Part shown: positions 27,824 to 40,860 of the stretch, piece after piece | Layout: every line of letters starts with the position of its first letter | How positions within the stretch are numbered: the stretch's first letter is position 1 | Origin: Heterodontus francisci | Lineage: Eukaryota | DNA length: 64,000 bases | Assembly (NCBI RefSeq): GCF_036365525.1 | Contig: NC_090408.1 | Span: forward strand, 35,084,269-35,148,268 | Direction: 5' to 3' | Position numbers and translations under genes: made by a program | Notes under the pieces: model-generated | Databases searched by the model: none | Told to the model about the DNA's origin: nothing | Seen by the model: only the letters and a program-made list of their open reading frames with translations

Positions 27824-27939
27824 AACCACTCAGTATGCATGCATGTTACTTAATTATCTAATTCACAAGAATGGTAGCAACGAGGAGCTGGTTTCAAAGC
27901 TGAAACAACTGGAGTCTAACATGAGCGCAGGACGCAAGT
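27824..27939 (+). CDS. PEX11A: PEX11A exon 2
   Basis: Acceptor ttttctttcag and donor gtaagt. 116 nt encoding TTQYACMLLNYL...KLKQLESNMSAGRK. Confidence 0.95.
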
Positions 27940-28349
27940 GTAAGTACACAACCAACTCTGGAGGGAGGAGAAAGCAGCACACCACATCCCTGTTTGGTGA
28001 TCAGTGGAGTGAAGTTGCACTGAGATTTGTAAATGCACATTGCCATGTTCATGTAAAATTCTTCTATGTGCTATTTCAATGCACTAATTAATCACTCCAA
28101 AGTGAATAGATTAATTTGTTATAAACACTGTTGAGAGCAATTTCACCCCATAGATTTCCAGTTCCTGCATCAAAATTAGTAGATTTCCTGTTGTGTTGCT
28201 CCTGGGTAGCGTGTGGCTGCAGTACATTTGTGATGTTTAGCTGCTAACCTGGGCTGTCTCTTTAAAAAAGAACTAGTATAACACTTTCCACGTCCTCAGG
28301 ATGTTCCAAAATGCTTTGCATCCAATGGATTACTTTTGAAGTGCAGTCA

Positions 28350-31300
28350 ACAAAGAACAACGAACAGTACAGCACAGGAACAGGCCACTCGGCCCTCCAA
28401 GCCTGCGCCGATCTTGATGCCTGTCTAAACTAAACCCTTCTGCACTTCCGGGGTCCGTATCCCTCTATTCCCATCCTATTCATGTATTTGTCAAGATGCC
28501 TCTTTAAACGTCGCTATTGTACCTGCTTCCACCACCACCCCCGGCAGCAAGTTCCAGGCACTCCCCACCCTCTGTGTAAAGAACTTGCCTCGCACATCCC
28601 CTCTAAACTTTGCCCCTCGCACCTTAAACCTATGTCCCCTAGTAACTGACTCTTCCACCCTGGGAAAAAGCTTCTGACTATCCACTCTGTCAATGCCACT
28701 CATAACTTTGTAAACCTCTATCATGTCGTCCCTTCACCTCTGTTGCTCCAGTGAAAACAATCCGAATTTATCCAACCCCTCCTCATAGCTAATACCCTCC
28801 AGACCAGGCAACATCCTGGTAAACCTCTTCTGTACCCTCTCCAAAGCCTCCACATCCTCTGGTAGTGTGGCGACCAGAATTGTACGCAATATTCCAAGTG
28901 TGGCCTAACTAAAGTTCTGTACAGCTACAGCATAACTTGCCAATTTTTATACTGTATGCCCCGACCGATGAAGGCAAGCATGTCATATGCCTTCTTGACT
29001 ACCTTATCCACCTGCGTTGCCACCTGCAATGATCTGTGGACCTGTATGCCCAGATCTCTCTGCCTGTCAATACACCTAAGGGTTCTGCCATTTACTGTAT
29101 ACTTCCCACCTGCATTACACCTTCCAACATGCATTACCTCACATTTGTCCGTATTAAACTCCATCTGCCATTTCTCCGCCCAAGTCTCCAACTGATCTAT
29201 CTGCTGCTGTATCCTCTGACAATCCTCATCATTATCCGCAACTCCACCAACCTTTGTGTCGTCTGCAAACTTACTAATCAGACCAGCTACATTTTCCTCC
29301 AAATCATTTATATATACTACAAACAGCAAAGGTCCCAGCACTGATCCCTGCGGAACGCCATTAGTCACAGCCCTCCATTCAGAAAAGCACCCTTCCACTG
29401 TCTTCTATGACCGAGCCAGTTCTGTATCCATCTTGCCAGCTCACCTCTGATCCCTTGTGACTTCACCTTTTTGTACCAGTCTGCCATGAGGGACCTTGTC
29501 AAAGGCTTCACTGAAGTCCATGTAGACAACCTCCACTGCCCTTCCTTCATCAATCATCTTCGTCACTTCCTCAAAAAACTCGATCAAGTTAGTGAGACAC
29601 GACCTCCACTTCACAAAACCATGCTGCCTCTCGCTAATAAATTCATTTGTTTCCAAGTGGGAGTAAATCCTGTCCCGAAGAATCCTCTCCAATGATTTCC
29701 CTACCACTGACGTAAGGCTGACCGGCCTGTAATTTCCTGGATTATCCTTGCTACCCTTCTTAAACAAAGGAACAACATTGGCTATTCTCTAGTCCTCTGG
29801 GACCTCACCTGTAGCCAATGAGGATACAAAGATTTCTGTCAAGGCCCCAGCAGTTTCCTCCATTGCCTCCCTCAGTATTCTGGGGTAGATCCCATCAGTA
29901 CCTCGCCCATTTCCTCTAGCTCCATGCATAGATTCCCTCCTCTGTCCTTGAGTGGGCCAACCCTTTCCCTGGCTACTCTCTTGCTCTTTATATATGTATA
30001 AAAAGCCTTGGGATGCTCCTTAATCCTGTTTGCCAATGACTTTTCATGACCCCTTTTAGCCCTCCTGACTCCTTGCTTAAGTTCCTTCCTACTTTCTTTA
30101 CATTACTTCATCTGTTCCTAGCCTTCTAGCCCTTACGAATGCTTCCTTTTTCTTTTCGACTAGGCTCACAATATCCCTCGTTATCCAAGGTTCCCGAAAC
30201 TTGCCAGACTTATCCTTCATCCTCACAGGAACATGCCGGTCCTGGATTCTAATCAACTGACATTTGAAAGACTCCCACATGTCAGATGTTGATTTACCCT
30301 CAAACAGCCGCCCCCAATCTAAATTCTTCAGTTCCTGCCTAATGTTATAATTAGCCTTCCCCCAATTTAACACCTTCACCCCGAGGACTACTCTTATCCT
30401 TATCCACAAGTACCTTAAAACTTATGGAATTATGGTCATTGTTCCCGAAATACTCCCCTACTGAAACTTCGACCACCTGGCCGGGCTCATTCCCCAATAC
30501 CAGGTCCAGTACGGCCCCTTCCCTAGTTGGACTATCTACATATTGTTTCAAGAAGCCCTCCTGGATGCTCCTTACAAATTCTGCTCCATCCAAGCCCCTA
30601 GCATTAAGTGAGTCCCAGTCAATATAGGGGAAGTTAAAATCACCCACCACAACAATGCTGTTGCTTTTCCATCTTTCCAAAATCTGTCTACATATCTGCT
30701 CCTCTACCTCCCGCTGGCTGTTGGGAGGCCTGTAGTAAATCCCCAACATTGTGACTGCACCCTTCCTATTCCTGAGCTCTACCCATATTGCCTCGCTGCA
30801 CGACCCCTCCGAGGTGTCCTCCTGCAGTACAGCTGTGATATTCTCCTTAACAAGTAATGCAACTCCCCCACCCCTTTTACATCCCCCTCTATCCCGCCTG
30901 AGGCATCTAAATCCCGGAACGTTCAGCTGCAAATCCTATCCTTTCCTCAACCAAGTCTCTGTAATAGCAACAACATCATCGTTCCAAGTTCTAATCCAAG
31001 CTCTAAGTTCATCTGCCTTACCTGTTATACTTCTCACATTGAAACAAATGCACTTCAGACCACCAGTTCCGCTGTGCTCAGCAACATCTCCCTGCCTGCT
31101 CTTCCTCTCCGTCTTACTGGCCTTATTCACTAGTTTCCCCCTCAGTTATTTCACCTGCTGACCTACTGCTCTGGTTCCCACCCCCCTTCCACACTAGTTT
31201 AAACCCTCCCGAGTGACACTAGCAAACCTCGCAGCCGGGATATTTGTGCCCCTCCAGTTTAGATGCAACCTGTCCTTCTTGTACAGGCCCCACCTATCTC

Positions 31301-32480
31301 GGAAGAGATCCCAATGATCCAGATTTCTGAAACCCTCCCTCCTACACCAGATGTTTAGCCACGTGTTTAGCTGCCCTATCTTTGTATTTCTAGCCTCACT
31401 GGCACATGGCACAGGGAGTAATCCTGAGATTACAACGCTAGAGGTCCTGTTTTTTAACTTACTACCCAACTCCCTGAACTCCCTCTGCAGGACCTCGTCA
31501 CTCTTCCTGCCTATGCTGTTAGTACCAATGTGTACCACAACCCTCCCCCTTCAGAAAGCCCTCTGCCCATTCAGAGACATCCTTGACCCTGGCACCAGGG
31601 AGGCAACATACCATCCTGGAGTCTCTCTCACGTCCACAGAAGTGCCTATCTGTGCCCCTGACTATAGAGTCCCCTATAACTATTGCTCTTCTGAGCTTTG
31701 TCCCTCCCTGCTGAACAACAGAGCCAGCCGTGGTGCCACTGCTCTGGCTGCTGCTGTTTGTTATCCACCCCCACCCCCAACAGTGTCCAAAACGGTATAC
31801 TTGTTAGAGGGGGATTCCTGCACTGACTGCCTGCCCCTTCTAGCGGTCACCCATCTATCTGCCTACACCTTAGGTGTAACCATGTCTCTCAAACTCCTGT
31901 CTATGATGCTTTCCGCCACCTGCATGCTCCTAAGTGCATTCAATTGCTGCTCAAATCGATCAATGGAGTCTGTGAGGAGCTGCAATTGGGTACACTTCCT
32001 GCAGATGTAGTTGTCCGGAACACTGGAAGCATCACGGACCTCCCACATCTCACAGGTGAAGTACTTTACCCATCTAACTGACGTTTCTAGCACTAATTAA
32101 TAAATTAATTTAAAATAAATGCTTATTGATCCTTACTAATTAAGCTACAATTAACTATATGGTCCCTAGCGCTAGATTTCTACTATAAATATTAAATGCC
32201 AAATACAGTAATCTCCTTCCTTTGGTTCAGTTACTCCTCTACTTATTAATTAATTAGTTAATTAGGGTTTTAATCAATTTTAATCAATGTTTTATTTTCA
32301 AATTCAGCGCAGGTTCCCTACCAGCCAATCAGGTCACAGTTTTCCTGTGACATCACTTTTTCAGTTTTTTTTCTCTCTTTTTTTTCTCACCGCTCCGGAA
32401 CTCCGTCTTCCAAGTCTTCTCCCAACCAATCACCTTGCAGCTCCCCTTTGACGTCACTGTTGGCTTTTTTTTTCAAAACT
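28350..32480 (-). mobile_element. Near full-length CR1 LINE (5'UTR, ORF1 zinc-finger/coiled-coil + SGNH esterase, ORF2 APE endonuclease + RT), mutated
   Basis: ORF1: CEMWE...YICRKC and VHIGTN...SGLLPV...DRLHLN. ORF2: CFNVRSI...[38 protein letters not shown]. Lies antisense in PEX11A intron 2. Confidence 0.95.
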
Positions 32481-33845
32481 CCTTGTTTATAGACAGATGC
32501 AATAGCCAATTGGGGACAGGAAGATCCCACAAACTGCATATAAATTGGATAATTTGTTTGGTTGAGGGAGGAATTTTCTTCAGATAGTGTCATGGGATCT
32601 TTTTTCATTCACCTGAGAAGTGGTTTAATGTCACACATGAAAGATAGATAATGCAGCAGTTCGACGCGAGTGTCAACCTAGATGATGGGGTAGAGTTTCC
32701 GCTTTGGGTGTAACTGGGAAATTGTGCCTGAAATACAATGGTTAGTATACGCTTTAAGTTTCCCCTAAAATTGAATTGCATAATTACAAATGTAAATCTT
32801 CCATTCAAGCAGAGTAATTGAATCTAATTATTTCTTTTTTTTTTTGTTTACAAAGTGTTCCTTGATGTATTTAAGGGTGGTAACCTGACGCAGTTTTGTT
32901 AATACACCTGAAAATGGGTTTCTCACCAAAATTGTTTTAGTAAGGTTGTCCAGCCCTCTGCCTATGAGTATTCTGATTTAAAAACACAGACAATGATGTA
33001 TATCAATACTGGGCCATTATTGGTGTACGTTAGTCAGTTTCTTGGTGAAAATGAGTGCAATTTAAAAAGCCTTCCTGAACCAGCACAATTGGCAGAATCT
33101 TGCAATTTCAACTTGTGCCTGATTCAGGCAAGTTGAAACTTGAACCATTGGAAAAGATCATGGAAAGCAGGAGTGCAAGTGGCTTTGGATGTAACACTCT
33201 TGCATTCTAAATAACTTGGTTTTTTTTTGCACTGGTTTGGCCCATTCTGCCCAGATGGTGTTGGAATCTGTGCGCAAAACTAGCAGAAACTTCCTGCTGA
33301 TGTGTTTCAGTCTATTATGGGGCTTGAAGCCATAACCTTCTGGCTTGGAGGTGAGATTCAAGGTGAGAGCCAGTTGCACATTAAGGCATTAACACATTAA
33401 TGCTCTAAATAGATTACTGTGGGTAATTGTAGCTATTAGTAACTCTGAGGTCATTTAAAAGGCTCTTGTAAATTTGAAGCTTCAGGTCAATACCTGGCTC
33501 TTTTTTTTTTTGTTTGACCTGACTTAAGGCTGGACAATTGAAGTTGCACTTGGAATACACTACTGCAAGTTGATTACAATGGCAAATCCAGAAGGAAGGA
33601 GGTGTTGGAAAGGCACAGGGGGCATGTGGGTGGTGAGAGTCACAAAAAAGTGGTCGGAGATGGCCTTGTCAGTGATCCAAACCATCAGATTAGAGAAGCC
33701 ACGAGCAAGATCGAAGGCGGCGGCTATGAGTTTGGGGTAGGAGAATTTATAGGGAGGAAACAGTTCGGGGAGAACAGTCGGGCAGTGAACTTGAAGGAGA
33801 GGAAGCATGGGGAACTGAGGTAGAGATTGAAATCACTAAGGATGA

Positions 33846-34266
33846 AAAGAAAGAAAGACTTGCATGTATACAGTGTCTTTCATAGCCAATGAAATGCTCT
33901 GAAGTGTAGTCTTTGAAAACTCAGCAGCTATTTTGTACACAGCAAGCTCCCACAAATGGCAATGTGTTAATGATCAGATAATCTGTTTTAGTGATGTTGA
34001 TTACGGGATGAATATTGGTCAGGATACCAAGGATAACTCCCCTGCTTTTCTTCGAGAGTGCCATGGGATCTTTTCTGTCCACCTGAGAAAGCAGATCGGG
34101 CCACGATCTCATCCAAAAGGCGGCACCTCTGACACTGTATCGCTCCCTCAGTACAGCACTGGAGCGTCAGCAAAGATTTTTGTACTCAAGTCTCTCGAGT
34201 GGGACTTGAATCCACAACCTTCTGACTCAGAGGTGAGATTACTACCAACTGAGCTACTGCTGACAC
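33846..34266 (-). mobile_element. SacSINE1-like DeuSINE (other copies at about 1835-2030, 5490-5830, 36185-36515, 50525-50940, 61180-61440)
   Basis: On the minus strand, a tRNA head gtagctcagttggtag...ggattcaagtccc, a Deu-type core and a tail ending caagtctttctttc. Confidence 0.8.
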
Positions 34267-34753
34267 GAAGAGTCGCTCATTGTGCAGGCTGAGGGAGGAA
34301 AGGATGGTGGATATCTTGAGAAGAAAGTCAAGGTGAGGAACAGTCGGACTGGGGAACAGTAGACAATGAATGTTTCCAAGGAGAGGCAAGAAGGATGGCA
34401 CAGGGTGAGGCGCTCAAAGAAATAGCAAGCGAGACCAAGGTGTGGTGTGGTTAAAAGAGCCACATCACAGCAATTTGGGGGAGCCAGATGATGGAAAGCA
34501 TAGCCAGCTAGGGAGGCTTCAGTAAGGAAGAAAGTATTGTACCCATGAGCTTTGAAAAAAGGATGGGGTAGCTGCTTAGATGGTAAACAAAGTTTCCCTT
34601 AAGCTGCACGGTTGCATAGCAATCCAATATGTCCCCGTGCAGACCACGCACAAGTCGTCACCTTTAAGTTACCATGTGTGCGCAGTTGCAGAAAGAAATT
34701 TAAAAAGGCCACAGTGACTGCACTTCAAATGTAATCCATTGATTCTAAAGTAT

Positions 34754-35581
34754 TGTCATGCAGGTCCCCACCTGCCAAGAATGAAGCACACGTTATTTCC
34801 CCACATGAACATTAAAACTTAAAATTGCTACTGGGAAGAAAAGAGGCCCTATCATGAGGAATTGCCAGGCCCCTTGCAGGAAAGACCTTTTTTGCATGCT
34901 GGGAGATAATGTTGGAACAAAGGACCCAGTCCCTGCTTCTCCAATACACAAGACCTAGTCAGGCCAGTTTAGTCACATGACTAACTGGCTGTTTGAATTT
35001 GAACTTGCTACAGAGTATTTGAAAGGGAGAAAGCTGTTTGCTCCTGGACTGAAAAGATCTCTCTTCTGTCTGCTCCCATCTCATTCTCTCGGAACTGAAG
35101 ACCTATTGAAGACACATGAACCCCAAGAGAGTAAAGTCTCCTACAGTGAACAAGGTTTAAGAAGAATACTGGGCCCCAACGAAAAGCCAGACTACCTACA
35201 ATCAAGGACTACAGCCAGTTCAAAGCACAGTAAAAACTCCTCTTCAGAGATTGCCTCAAATCTTTTTACTTTATTTTTCTTCTCTTTTCTGTCTCCAATT
35301 TGCATGTGCGAATTGCGTACGCATGCTACCCTAGGACACGGCGTGTACCCATAGGTGTTAACTGAATTACAGTTTAAGTTTTTTTAATAAATTTCACTCT
35401 TTTAAACCCAAGAAAACCTGGTGTGCTCATTTCTTTGCCTTTATAATTGGAAAGCGGTTAACACTGATTCACCAAGGGGGAGCTCAAAACACAGTGTGTT
35501 TAAAAACATAAACCCTGTTACAGTAAGACCAGGTGAAGGCTAAAAGGGACCCCGAGACATCTTTCTCACCTGGTCGTAACA
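34754..35581 (+). mobile_element. Solo LTR (Gypsy-type) with 4-bp TSD GTAT
   Basis: TGTCATG...CGTAACA, flanked by gtat at 34750-53 and 35582-85. Internal AATAAA near 35386. Confidence 0.88.
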
Positions 35582-36981
35582 GTATGAAGGACTTCAACAA
35601 ATTGCTTGTGTACTCCAAAACAAAATTAGAGGATACATTAGTGGTAAGTGTCAGATGCCTTGAATGGTCATTTCAAGGGAGGCATGAAGGATTGCCAAGG
35701 GCTTTTTGAAGAAAGCCTTAAGCCTGGGCTAATAGCAGGAATAGGTGGGCAGAGGTGCAATGATAGGGAATTAAAAATATCTGAGGGAAGAATTTGAAAG
35801 GTTGAATGGCTTGATATTAGGGGAGGAGGGGCCAAGAGAATAAAATACTATATTTTCAACATTGCTTCTTATGCTATTCAATGTTCATTGATCCAACGTC
35901 ATACTGTGCATTATGATCATCAGTGTCTAATTTTCCCTATCTTACTGAAAAGTAAAATTATTTGTGAAGGGACTCCTTATGTGTTCATCTGAGAGAAATA
36001 AATTGCCTGAGCAGAGCTCCAACAGAGCCTGTGGGATCCAGTACAAACAGAGTTCAAGTGAAGTCTTATCAATATGTCAGCAACTGTTTGCACTGCACAA
36101 GTGCTAGGGAACTACATCTGTCTAGGTCTATGTTTATTTTGTTTTTGTTCTCTGCTGCATGTACAAGCTTTATCTAGTGATTAAAAAAAGAACTTATACT
36201 TAAAAATGCCTAATCATGTCCTTCATACTTTAGAAAAAATGGATTACTTGTGAAGTGCAGTCACTGTGGCAGAAATGTGCACCAGCAAGACCCCACAAAT
36301 AGCAAGTGAATGACTGACTAATCAGTGCACCTGAACAGGTGAAAAGGGCCTCAGTTTAAATCTCATCCAAAGGATGGCATCTTTGATAATGTAGCACTTT
36401 CTCATTACTGCACTTGAGTACTTACCCAGTTTATGTGCTCAAGTCTGCAATGAGGCTTGAACCCCCAACTTTTATGTTTCAGAGGCAGCAATGCTACCAA
36501 CTGAATCAAGTTGATCTGTTTTATGTGTATACCGAAAGGAATCCATAGCTTTTTCACTGGTGAGAAAATTCTATATTTAATTCTTATAATAAAAATATTG
36601 CTTGGAGGATTTGCAATGTGATGTAAAAATTACTATCAAATGTGAAAGATTATGATTGTGGACATAGAACAGTATTCATAAGGCAAGATTTTATTCCATG
36701 GATGCTGTTATTGATATGAGTTGTATGAACTGTGTTTCAGCCTGATCAACACTGACTAATTCTCTTTTTTTAAATTTAGATGTGGCTAGTACTATACGAT
36801 GAGGAGTAATAATGTATGGTTCCCAGGATAGAAGAGACTTAGCCTCTGAAAGCTCACCCAAAGAAAAATCCAGCCTATATTTAAATTGCTATTGCCTCAC
36901 TGAGAATCATTTCATCATGTTTCAAACATTGTCAACTGGTAAAGGTTAGCACTGTATTAAATCCCCTCTGCTTTATTTCAG

Positions 36982-37559
36982 TATTCCGGTTAGGTAACAC
37001 TGTGGATGCAGTTCAGACAGCCAGAAGGAATGTTCAGCTTTCGGACCCAGTGCTTCGGTTTTGTCTCACAGTCATTCCTCTCAGTCGGGCTCTGTACTTC
37101 ATCTGTGATAATATTCTCTGGATGGGAGCAGTGGGACTTAGTGATATCGACAAGGAGAAATGGAACAAGCGGTGCAACCGCTACTACTACTTCTCATTGA
37201 TTATTAGCCTGAGCAGAGATGTTTATGAGGTTGTCCAGCTCCTGAAAGAAGAAGCACAGGCCAAGAAGGGACAACAGTGCAAATCCATAAATGACCTGGA
37301 AAACAATCCTGTGCAGAGAGATTTTGTCTGGACATTGAGAGTCAAGACTGAAGCTTTATTTATGCTGCTTTTTCAAAACCTTAAAAGCAATCCTCCTGTA
37401 TTACTAGACATTGTTAAAAACCTCTGTGACCTTGCCCTTCCTTTAGACAAGCTAGGCATTTGCAAAACCAATCCTGGAGTGGTGGGTCTCTGTGGTCTTG
37501 TTTCCTCCATTCTCTCAATTCTAACTTTGACACACCCAGTACTGAAACTGAGACCTTGA
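36982..37559 (+). CDS. PEX11A: PEX11A exon 3 (to stop); spliced CDS 750 nt, 249 aa
   Basis: Acceptor ctttatttcag. Encodes (L)FRLGNTVDAVQ...PPVLLDIVKNLCDL..PLDKLGI...GLCGLVSS...HPVLKLRP*. The alpha paralogue is assigned from WDR93/PLIN1 synteny. Confidence 0.95.
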
Positions 37560-37578
37560 ACAAACCATGTGCTCTCTG

Positions 37579-37640
37579 AATAAAAATCATATTCCTTCTC
37601 TGATAAAACATATCAGAGAATGTCTGGCAATGGAAATAAA
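37579..37640 (+). terminator. Proximal polyadenylation signals of PEX11A (a distal candidate lies at 40369-40374)
   Basis: AATAAA at 37579-37584 and 37635-37640. The distal AATAAA at 40369 is followed by a GT/T-rich tract. Which site is used cannot be determined from sequence. Confidence 0.4.
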
Positions 37641-39269
37641 GTAATTTCTAAATCTAACCTGTGGCTTCTGAAAGCAGGATACATAATGGTGTATTTTAAC
37701 ATTTTGCTCTAAACACAAGAACTGTCCCTTCAGTTATTTTCATGCTGTATCTTTGAGAGCAAAAGGTTAAGGCAATGAGTTCCAACGTGTACTGTTGCTT
37801 ATGAACTTGGACCCTATTTTTTATTGAAATCTGCCATCCTACAAACAGATCAATTATGATCTGGTGCTATGCTGGGGTCAGTTTGGCAGCATGCCATTTG
37901 GATACTAAAGCAGACCAAAAGCACGTCCACTTGGATTTAGGTCCTGACCAGCACACTGAGATCATACCATACAAATAAATATCTGCCTCTCTTAACTCCA
38001 GTTTCCTAACACCAGTTGCTTTATTCATGCTGAATATGGTTCCCCTTTTTTTTTTTTTGAATACCTATCTCGAAGATATAAATAGTGAAAGATTATTTCC
38101 ACTGGCTGGATATGTGGTAACAAGAGGTTGTATAGAAAAAGGGGGGGGGGGGGGGAGAAATTTTTGAATCTCTAGAATATGGAAAGCTTTAGCACAAGTT
38201 ATTCAGGCTGAGACTGACATCGTTTAAAGGGTTTGGAATGGGTATCTGAAATGTAAAAGAATATGAGCTCCAATTCAGTGCTAGCACTGGCACAGGTACA
38301 ATGGGACAAGTGGACTCCTGTGGTGGTATTTCCATATTTTCTCAGGTGGTCTGAATAAATGAATTCATCAAATTGTCAATTATTTCAAAGATTTCAAAAT
38401 CTGCCTGTAATTTTACCCTTGCTGAAAAGAGTATTTTTTAACTTCTCCATATGTTTTAGTGCCTAAATGCACTATTTGATTTGGTATTGAGCTTTTTAGA
38501 CCAAAAGATCACATTCAATCTCTCAGTTTGTACTTGCAAGCCAATATACAGTCAAGTCCTGTTAACTCTACCATTTTTATGCAAAAAAGTGAAGCAATTA
38601 CTTATTCTATGTTGATTAATTTGAATTAGGCTACTTTTGAAGTAAAAGGAGTGCACTGTACCTTTTTTGAGTTTAGCTAGATCTTTTGTGGTCCCTCCAT
38701 GGTTATATAGTCGGCTAAAACTTGTATAGTCAGCAAGTGAAGAGTGGCCACTTGGTGATAGAAAACATTAGATAAAGTGCTTGTGATGAAGTTCAGACCT
38801 TCACAGCATTTCTTTGCCCTTGAATAACTTCAGATACTATATGATTTTAAAAACTACTTTGAGTTTTATGTGACATCCAAATAATAGAGGATGTGGTGCT
38901 TTGTAATTTACTGTAATTTATTATGGAAGATTTCAAAACAAACTGAATAATTCAGGGTAAATTTGAGTATTTTTTTTTTTACCACGTTTCCTCTCTGACT
39001 CTGACTCTGAAGCCTGACAACAATTAGTTGTAGCCTCTGACTCATGATTATTCTTGGCTATCTCCCTGGGTTATGCAGACAAGAGTTGAGACCCAAGATG
39101 AACCACTCTCTCAAGAACAGTCCACAAACTTGTGTGGATCCCAGAAGGAAAGTGTTTTGACTCGGAATTTTATCAATGTTTGTCAGGTTTGTTCCATTAA
39201 AATTTTCCATGCAAAGAAAAGGGGAAATTTTTGAACTGCTTTTTTTAAGTTTCTGTCTTAATCTTGTTT

Positions 39270-39600
39270 TTGCTTTTGGATGGCAGTTCATTATTCTGCC
39301 ATTCACATCTTTTTGTTTCTATACTTGTCCCATTAATACTCCCTTTGTCTTTGCCCCACCAACTCTTCTGTCATTTAATATCTTCCATCTTCTACCCTAT
39401 CTCAGACCTTCTGTTGTGTTCTTTTATTCACCCTCCCTCATCTGACCTACTTAAAACCTATCACATTTCTAACTTTTCCCAGCTCTGATGAAAGATCATT
39501 AACCTGAAATGTTAACTTTCTTTCTCTCTCCATGGATGCTGCCAGAACCGCTGAGTATTTTCTGTTTTTATTTCAGATTTCCAGCATCCGCAGTATTTTG
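39270..39600 (+). mobile_element. Penelope-like element terminal repeat with a minimal hammerhead motif
   Basis: CTGATGA (39485-91), stem, GAAA (39506-09), then tgttaact. Followed by the ...gatgctgccag...ctgagtattt...tttcagatttccagcatc block shared with the other copies. Confidence 0.7.
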
Positions 39601-40468
39601 CGGAGTATAATAGTACAATTACTATTATGCTTTTCTCCGAGGGGAGTAAATGTTACTTGCAGCCAGAACTTAGCTCTGCATTCGAGTCAGGATTCATTGA
39701 CTAGGATTCTCTATTGCTTTTAGAGTCTTGGTGCTACACAAATGCAGAAAAGTGTCATGCTACAACCTGTCTGCAACGTGATCCATTTGTAAAGAAATAA
39801 TATAATTTTGCAGTCAATTATAATATTTTAATTTTTGACCTCTTAATGAGTTGTATAAATTTCCTGGGCTTTCCTCACTGCTTTCTATGAAGAATGGTTA
39901 AATCTTTATGAAAATGCAACTATTTTCGAGTTGGACATTTTATTTTGGAGCTCTTTAAGAAGTGTTGCATCTGAGGTTAGAATTTTCAAACACCAATGCT
40001 TACTCAATAATCTTTGTTCACTGAAAAATAAGTCTATGCAAACAGATGTCAAATGTTTTAAACATTCGATTAAAGACATCAAAGGAAATGTTGTGACGGG
40101 AAGCTCCTAGCATGGAAGCTTGCTTGCAAAGAACATGGGCCGGAGGTCGATGGCATTAAAACACGGGTCTAATTCTGCAACCCATTTTCTCATCTAGTGA
40201 TACTGAACATTAAGATTTTTCCCTCCCAAATTTTCCTTGCAAAGCAGTATTTGAAAAATGAACTATTTCTGTATCCTAAATTAGGAAACTAATTTTCAAT
40301 GACTGTTGCAAACCGATGCTGCTGTACTCAAAGAAACTGACTAATTCCACTGTTATTTCATGTGTTCTAATAAATTAATATATTAATTACAAAGTTGTTT
40401 TATTTTGCATTTCTATTCAAATTCATTCAATCATATTGCAGTTAGATATTTTAAAACCCGCCAGCATT

Positions 40469-40800
40469 GGGCAGTGCAGTGGTTAGCACCGGAGCCTCAC
40501 CGCTCCAGCGACCCGGGTTTGATTCTGGGTACTGCCTGTGTGGAGTTTGCAAGTTCTCCCTCTGTCTGCGTGGATTTTCGCCGGGTGCTCCGGTTTCCTC
40601 CCACATCCAAAGACTTGCAGGTTGATGGGTAAATTGGCCATTCTAAATTGCCCCTAGTATAGGTAGGTGGTAGGGGAATTGAGGGAAGATGGGGATGGGG
40701 TAGGAATATGGGATTTATGTAGGATTAGTATAAATGGGTGGTTGATGGTCGGCACAGACTCGGTGGGCTGAAGGGCCTGTTTCAGTGCTGTATCTCTGAA
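40469..40800 (+). mobile_element. HE1-like V-SINE
   Basis: tRNA head, V-domain gtgtggagtttgca...gggtgctccggtttcctccca, and CR1-derived tail gggctgaagggcctgtttcagtgctgtat. Confidence 0.85.
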
Positions 40801-40860
40801 TTAGTTTACTCCTTGTTCTCTGCTTTCACTCTGCCATCAGTCGTTGTTCTTCTAGATTGT

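Noticed and set aside
31351-32010. 219-aa plus-strand ORF
   Set aside because: It is the antisense shadow of CR1 ORF1 and has no recognisable domain.
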